From: Verrucomicrobiota bacterium
GTDB lineage: Bacteria; Verrucomicrobiota; Verrucomicrobiia; Limisphaerales; JAIPKD01
Length of the DNA stretch: 64,000 bases
Direction of reading: 5' to 3'
Assembly: GCA_021733835.1 (NCBI GenBank)
Contig: JAIPKD010000002.1
Coordinates: 16,962-80,961 of the forward strand
The notes under the pieces are model-generated. The model saw only the letters and a program-made list of their open reading frames with translations, had not been told where the DNA came from and searched no databases. Position numbers and translations under genes: made by a program. Positions 58,593 through 64,000 of the stretch are shown one piece after another; the stretch's first letter is position 1; every line of letters starts with the position of its first letter.

Positions 58593-59909
58593 TTATTCTA
58601 TGCAATAAAGCTTATCGTGTGTACGCACGAACAGCTGATCGCCCGCGGTGATAATGGAAGACATTGTTTCCCTGGCGTCGATCGCGAATTCTGAAATCTT
58701 CTCAAATTCATCGCCGGTGCTCAGGACAATGACCGTACCGCGCTCGCTCAGGCAATAAATCTTGCCGTCGGCGCCGGTCGGTGATGCGCTGAATGTCTCG
58801 CGCACGCCGAGGCTTTCACGCCAAAACACCTCGCCGGTTTGCGGTTTCATACACGACATGATCTGGTCGTCGCCGTCGAGCACATACAGTTTTCCTTCGT
58901 AATAAAGCGGCGTGCATACATCCGGCGTCACGTCTTCCATTGTCCACGCGACCGTCGGCTTGGACTCGTTATCCACACGCAAGGCGAAGAGCGTTCCGCC
59001 CTTCGGCTCGGATGCGTAGATGTGCCCCGGCGCGGCGGCGGGCGAAGTGATTATCCGGTAGAACGGGCGTTGCCTGGGGTTGAGCCCCGACCAGCGCCAG
59101 AGTTCTTCGCCTGTTTTGGGATCATGGCCTGTAACACAATCTCCGCCGACTACTACGAGAGCCGTGCGGCCGCCGTATGTATAGGGCAACGGCGTTGTGT
59201 ACGCCTCCATTGACTCGCGTACGGCGTCGGTTTCGCGTAGTTGCCGCCAAATATTTTCGCCTGTCTCGGGATTCAAGCACAGCAGGAATGAGTCGCGTTC
59301 CGGTTTGTCATCCTTCGCGTGCGAATACGTCGGCGGCGTGCGTTGGAGGACTTCGATATATAATTTGTTATCAAACAACAGCGGGCTCGAGCCGTACAAC
59401 CACATAAAGGCAAACTTGCCGTATTCTTCGCAAAGGTTCCGCGACCAGAGTTCGTTGCCGTTAAAATCAAATGCCGCCAGGTCGCCCGTGCCGAACATTA
59501 CAATGACGCGTTCGCCGTCGGTAACAGGCGACGGCGAGGTAAAGTTGTTCTTCCCCACGCGTATGTTGCCTCCTTCAACGACCAGCCGTGTCCATTTGGT
59601 CTCACCCGTTTCGCGGCCGATGCAGTAGAGAAGAAGATTGTCGTTTTCGTCCGGCGTGGACAGGAAAATATTATCGCCCCAAACTACAGGCGTCGAACCA
59701 CTCTTGCCGGGCAGGGGTGTTGTCCATTTGACATTCGTATCCTTGCTCCAGGTGGCGGGGAGGTTGGTTGATAACGATGTGCCGTTGAAAAACGGGCCGC
59801 GCCATTGCGGCCAGTTATCGGCCGTCGCCGCGGATGCTGTTGAATTAAAACAGAATGAAACACACGAGGTCAGTATCGTGAATGCTATTAGGAATCTTGC
59901 TTTCTTCAT
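58593..59909 (-). CDS. Secreted PQQ-like (BamB-type) beta-propeller repeat protein
   Basis: 438 aa with a signal peptide. NWPQWRGPFFNGTS start and repeated hairpin motifs typical of PQQ-like propellers. Confidence 0.75.
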   Translation of the reverse strand: MKKARFLIAFTILTSCVSFCFNSTASAATADNWPQWRGPFFNGTSLSTNLPATWSKDTNVKWTTPLPGKSGSTPVVWGDNIFLSTPDENDNLLLYCIGRETGETKWTRLVVEGGNIRVGKNNFTSPSPVTDGERVIVMFGTGDLAAFDFNGNELWSRNLCEEYGKFAFMWLYGSSPLLFDNKLYIEVLQRTPPTYSHAKDDKPERDSFLLCLNPETGENIWRQLRETDAVRESMEAYTTPLPYTYGGRTALVVVGGDCVTGHDPKTGEELWRWSGLNPRQRPFYRIITSPAAAPGHIYASEPKGGTLFALRVDNESKPTVAWTMEDVTPDVCTPLYYEGKLYVLDGDDQIMSCMKPQTGEVFWRESLGVRETFSASPTGADGKIYCLSERGTVIVLSTGDEFEKISEFAIDARETMSSIITAGDQLFVRTHDKLYCIE

Positions 59910-60036
59910 ATTTCAAATCTCTGATTAGTCTTTCTCCGGATACCTGATGTTTATGCGAGTTGTTTGACCGTTATTCAAGCGATCGGCGCCTAATGTGTGT
60001 AAGACGCATTCTACGGCCGGATATTCAACACGCGGT

Positions 60037-61356
60037 TCATTGTGCGCTCTTGCGTATCAAACCCATTACTCGGAGGCGATAATCGGTGTAGGTGGAATAG
60101 CTCCCGCGCAGCCAGAGCAGGGCGGTCTTGGGCCTATCCCAGGCCGGTACGATGGGACGTAAGTTGTCCTCGGTGGAGTTCATCGTGATCGGCTCCCATT
60201 CCCAAGTGCGGCCGGCGTCGCTCGAACGCCCCTCGAATATCTCGTAATGCCTCTTTCCGTCGGCGGCGCTTATCAATGGTTCGCCGGTGACGGGATGTGC
60301 GTCCGCGGAGATGAATACGACGTTAGGATCATCGGGATGCAGCGCTACCAGGCCGGTGTAGTCGTTCTCAGGATCGTAAAGACACGACCCCGCGTAGGTC
60401 ATTTGATTTACATGCCATCCGTTGTCCGACCACCGCGCATAGTAATAACGGTGATCCTGATCGTCGCGGTTTTTCTGGACTGAAAAGGCAATGTACGGAT
60501 TCCCCTCGGCATCGAGCTCGATGTCGATCGTCCATGCGACGTTATCCATGTCGCCTTCGAAGACTTGCGTGAAATCCGACGGTGTGGCCGCGGACTTCTT
60601 TGATCCGCTCAGGCTTGTTACGCGTGTGCCGTCGGAGCGATAGACCGTGTTGTTGCTTATGAAGCCGTGATAGATGCTGTTATCGAAATCGCGCGGATGC
60701 TGCTCGGTTGTGATAAAATGTATTTTATTAAGGCCGTCCGATGCGTACTTGAGATACGGCCGTCCAGGGCCGGCAAGAAGACGCCCGCCGTAAGACCAGT
60801 CTGTGCCGTTCGTCGAGACGAGGTAGTTCGGGTCCCAGCCTATGCCGCGGTGGAAATTATAAAATCGCTTACCATTGCCGAGTATCAATAGGTTCGCGTA
60901 AGTGACGCCCGCGCCGGCGTCGACCTTGATTTCTTTGTCCCATTCCTTGAGTTTGCTGGGCTCAGACGAGACTCTGAAGCGCATGGATCTGTCGTTTCCG
61001 TGCTTGGAATACGCCGCCAGGTAGCGTCCATCGGGCAGTAATGCGAATGCCGGTACGGCATGATCGTCGCTTTGCAGGCCTTCGTGAAGCATGGTCGTTG
61101 TAAAACGCCCGGACGCCGTATCCCAGCCGGTCACCTGGATGTCGCCGCCTGGCGAGGATACGGAACCGGCGATTATCTTGTCGCCGTCCGTGATGGCCCG
61201 TGGGTCCTGGTACCAGCACCAGCCGCCGTTCGTGCATAGCGTCACCGCCTTGCCTGCGACGTAGTTATCCTCGAGTTCACCGGCGCATAAGTATGTAGCG
61301 CCCAAGAAGCATGCAACGACCATCGGCAACATGAAATTAATTGGATACGATTTCAT
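60037..61356 (-). CDS. Secreted BNR-4-like/sialidase-fold protein (glycan degradation associated)
   Basis: 439 aa with a signal peptide. GGWCWYQDPRAI and SSDAGRTWEW (Asp-box). The BNR-4 family name is from memory. Confidence 0.5.
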   Translation of the reverse strand: MKSYPINFMLPMVVACFLGATYLCAGELEDNYVAGKAVTLCTNGGWCWYQDPRAITDGDKIIAGSVSSPGGDIQVTGWDTASGRFTTTMLHEGLQSDDHAVPAFALLPDGRYLAAYSKHGNDRSMRFRVSSEPSKLKEWDKEIKVDAGAGVTYANLLILGNGKRFYNFHRGIGWDPNYLVSTNGTDWSYGGRLLAGPGRPYLKYASDGLNKIHFITTEQHPRDFDNSIYHGFISNNTVYRSDGTRVTSLSGSKKSAATPSDFTQVFEGDMDNVAWTIDIELDAEGNPYIAFSVQKNRDDQDHRYYYARWSDNGWHVNQMTYAGSCLYDPENDYTGLVALHPDDPNVVFISADAHPVTGEPLISAADGKRHYEIFEGRSSDAGRTWEWEPITMNSTEDNLRPIVPAWDRPKTALLWLRGSYSTYTDYRLRVMGLIRKSAQ

Positions 61357-61367
61357 TTTTGAATTCC

Positions 61368-63491
61368 TTATTTAATCTTTATATCTCTCAAGCTCCGTAC
61401 CGGTTCTCCCGAAGCGTCGTTGAATTGTGCCGCGATAGTGTAATCGCCGGGCGTATCCGGCATCTTCACGGAAAATTCGACGATGTTTTTGCCTAGAGGT
61501 TCGATTACGTTTTTTTGTGATTGTCTGGATACTATATCATTTCCCTTTAGGAGAACCAGCTTGAGTTCGATGCTGCGCTTCTCAAGTAAGTCATTGATTA
61601 TATGAACATCAACCGATTCCGTCGAGCCGCCCTCAACCTCACTCTTCCAGAAATCGACCATGAGACCGACGGGTGAGAATGCGTCTTTTACGTACTCCAC
61701 GAAATTAGGTTCCAGCTCGAGCCGCTCGAGATCGATGAAATGATCGCTCGTGGCGCCGCCTTCCGGGCGCGACTGAAAACCGGGACGCGAGTATCCGAGC
61801 CCGCAGAAATGAAGTACACCCGCGGCCTCCCTGTGCGCCCGCCAAAATTCGGTGAGCGCCGCCAGGTATCGCGTATAAAGCAGACGACGCTCGGCCGTGG
61901 TGGAGTCTTCGCCCAGAAGCGTCCTGTACACGTCCTTGGTCAGAGTGGTCGGTGTGCCGTCACGATTGAGCCAGAGCCATGCGTACTCGTTGATGATTAC
62001 CGGTACATTGAATCTTCGCTGTGCCTCATTCAGGTTCGGAACACCCGAGCGGCCTGCGATATGTTCGAGCTTGAACGGTTCATTGCCGAACCAAGTTTGA
62101 ATAAACAGGTACGGATGCGATTCGACGGCGTCGCGCGGGCTTTGCGGGCTTGCCCATCCGTTTTCCCAGGGCCGATTCGATAGGTCCAAATGCCGCACCT
62201 GCGCTACGGCTATCTCGGTCTGATCCGTCTCGCTCTCGTTTTGCGCATCCCAGATGACGACACAAGGATGATTCCAGCGCTCGCGCATCCATTCAACGTA
62301 TTGCGGTGCAATGTGCTCCGCGCGCGGGTCTTCCGGCGCATCCCCTAAAAGCCAAATCGGGAACTCGTCCTGTATGAGTATCCCTTCCTCGTCGGCGATG
62401 TCATACCAGAAATCCGGCGGGAACCCTATGCAATACCGAAGTGTGTTCCAGTGCATGGACTTGAATTTCTTGTGCAGCGCGCGAACCCACTCTTTGTCCC
62501 ACGGTAATCCATCCCTCGCCGCGTCCTCGAAAAACCTGTATATACAAACATTCGAGCCGCGCAGATAATACGGCTTGCCGTTCAAGAGGGCGCGTCCGGT
62601 TTCGCGGTCGAAGTGAAACTCGCGCATACCGAATCTAACACGGACGGAGTCCATTCCCGTACTTATGGTAACCGCATACAGGAAAGGGTCTTCGGGCGAC
62701 CAAAGACGGCAGTTGTCGATCGGCAATGATATCTCGATGGTGCGTTCTTCTCCGGCGCGCAGCTCGAGCACGGGTGTTTCAACTGCGCCTACCGCTTTGC
62801 CTGTCGACGCCTCTTCAATCGAACATGAGACCGCCGTTTTAACAGGGGCGTCGCCGTTCTTTAGCTCGACAACAAACCGTGCCGTGCCGGTGTCGATATC
62901 CGGGATTGTTTGAATATTCCTAATGTACGGGGTATTACGGAGGCTCAGCTCCACTGAATCGTATATCCCCGGGATATACCTGTTTTTTTCAAAATCCCAC
63001 CCGGACGGAACCCCTGCGGGGAGGGACTCGCGGTCTGCGCCCACGCGGATCATCAAAACGTTCGATCCCGGCGCTTCGTTAAGGTATGGGCGTACGTCCA
63101 GAATAATCGGGGTGAAGCAGGAAACGCTCCCGCCCACCTTCTTGCCGTTTAAAAAGACCATGGTGCCGTACTTCGCCTTGTGTATCTTTAGTATGGCGGC
63201 CTCGGGCAGCGGCTGTTCCAAATCGAAGGTTGTCTTGTACCAGAATGCATCGCGCTTGTCGCTCTTTTTGCCGACCTCGTCGAATGCAGGCCGTGCCATG
63301 TCTATCAATCCCGGTACAGGCGCCTCGCGGTCGAAAGAATCAGGCGGTTCTTCTATCCCCCCTTGCGCCACTGCCCACGTGCCGTTCAGATTCACAGTCA
63401 TTCGCGCCGAGTCCGTCCCCGCAAAGCACGGTTGCATCGTTAACAAGCCCGCCGCCAACGTCGAAACAAAAAACTTTATATGAGTTTTCAT
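61368..63491 (-). CDS. Glycoside hydrolase family 2 enzyme
   Basis: 707 aa with a signal peptide. WNHPCVVIWDAQNE (acid/base region) and VIINEYAW (nucleophile region). N-terminal sugar-binding-like domain. Confidence 0.75.
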   Translation of the reverse strand: MKTHIKFFVSTLAAGLLTMQPCFAGTDSARMTVNLNGTWAVAQGGIEEPPDSFDREAPVPGLIDMARPAFDEVGKKSDKRDAFWYKTTFDLEQPLPEAAILKIHKAKYGTMVFLNGKKVGGSVSCFTPIILDVRPYLNEAPGSNVLMIRVGADRESLPAGVPSGWDFEKNRYIPGIYDSVELSLRNTPYIRNIQTIPDIDTGTARFVVELKNGDAPVKTAVSCSIEEASTGKAVGAVETPVLELRAGEERTIEISLPIDNCRLWSPEDPFLYAVTISTGMDSVRVRFGMREFHFDRETGRALLNGKPYYLRGSNVCIYRFFEDAARDGLPWDKEWVRALHKKFKSMHWNTLRYCIGFPPDFWYDIADEEGILIQDEFPIWLLGDAPEDPRAEHIAPQYVEWMRERWNHPCVVIWDAQNESETDQTEIAVAQVRHLDLSNRPWENGWASPQSPRDAVESHPYLFIQTWFGNEPFKLEHIAGRSGVPNLNEAQRRFNVPVIINEYAWLWLNRDGTPTTLTKDVYRTLLGEDSTTAERRLLYTRYLAALTEFWRAHREAAGVLHFCGLGYSRPGFQSRPEGGATSDHFIDLERLELEPNFVEYVKDAFSPVGLMVDFWKSEVEGGSTESVDVHIINDLLEKRSIELKLVLLKGNDIVSRQSQKNVIEPLGKNIVEFSVKMPDTPGDYTIAAQFNDASGEPVRSLRDIKIK

Positions 63492-63597
63492 AATCTTACG
63501 ACCTGTTCAATAAACACTTCTTATCCTTAATAATGATCAAATGCCTGCGCGTTGAACGCAGGCATGCGATGTTTTCGCGTCGTTTACGCCAACCTCG

Positions 63598-64000
63598 TTA
63601 AAACTCGAATTTCACGTCGGACAACCTGGTTTCGAGTTCGTTGAGGACGCGTTTTTCGTCATCGACATCTTTGGCGGCGAAGGTGACGCTGAAACGGAGG
63701 TATGCTCCCGCATCATCCCACGGCACTGTAGAGATGAGTTTTTCGGTTATCAGCCATTGCGCGACATCTTCCGCGGATTCGAATTCGAATTCGGTTCCAT
63801 CTTTTGTTGTGGCCTTTTTCGGCGCCTTGACGTAGAGGAAGAAGGAGCCTTTGGGTTTTTCGGCATTAAAGCCGATGCGTTTCAATGAGTCGACGAGTGC
63901 GGTCATTCGTCTCGAGTACTTTGCTGCGATCTTTTCCGTGATTTCCGGATGATCCAGGCAATAGGCGACGGCGTGTTGGATGGCGAGGAATTGGCCTGAG
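63598..64000 (-). CDS. PLP-dependent class I/II aminotransferase (C-terminal part; gene runs off the window), possibly LL-DAP aminotransferase-like
   Basis: The reading frame is open to nt 64000. C-terminal pattern KPKGSFFLYVKAP...VPWDDAGAYLRFSVTF is typical of the aminotransferase fold. Confidence 0.6.
   Translation of the reverse strand, partial: SGQFLAIQHAVAYCLDHPEITEKIAAKYSRRMTALVDSLKRIGFNAEKPKGSFFLYVKAPKKATTKDGTEFEFESAEDVAQWLITEKLISTVPWDDAGAYLRFSVTFAAKDVDDEKRVLNELETRLSDVKFEF

Overview
This is a 64-kb chromosomal window of about 50 credible protein genes and one tRNA-Leu(UAG). I found no rRNA, no CRISPR array, and no intact integrase or transposase. Gene content suggests an anaerobic, glycan-degrading bacterium of the PVC type (Kiritimatiellota, Verrucomicrobiota or Lentisphaerota-like). 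The clues are a heparinase II/III-like gene, GH2, GH13, a BNR-type protein, a TAT-signal Gfo/Idh/MocA oxidoreductase, a HEAT-repeat protein, PFOR, and HypF/C/D hydrogenase maturation genes. That taxonomic call is inference only. Housekeeping blocks: phoU-like-pstSCAB1B2 (6.8-12.3 kb); glnE plus a B12/radical-SAM gene; sppA; tyrS; rpsA; mtnP; a PduO-type adenosyltransferase; a three-gene two-component relay (42-47 kb); gnd; and hypF-hypC-nifJ-(DHOD-like)-hypD (50-58.5 kb). The most unusual stretch is 14.7-21.6 kb. It holds a four-helix-bundle (23S-IVS-type) gene bracketed by heptad inverted repeats, and an HTH-ImmA/IrrE plus DUF4411 (PIN-like) pair. It also holds a small 4-TM protein plus an AlbA_2/Schlafen-like ATPase-type protein, bracketed by two decayed 5' fragments that look like an hsdR-type gene. 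The rest is an orphan membrane/coiled-coil/zinc-ribbon protein, MITE-like palindromic elements and odd 'word' repeats. Other points worth a second look: a PhoU fused to an ArsC/LMW-PTP-like domain with a mutated P-loop; two PstB paralogs with complementary motif degeneration; PFOR embedded (11-nt overlap) in the hyp operon; and a conserved-looking operon of a chorismatase-like protein, a PD40 protein with one CXXCH, and a large membrane protein. All functional calls rest on motif recognition by eye. No database search was possible.
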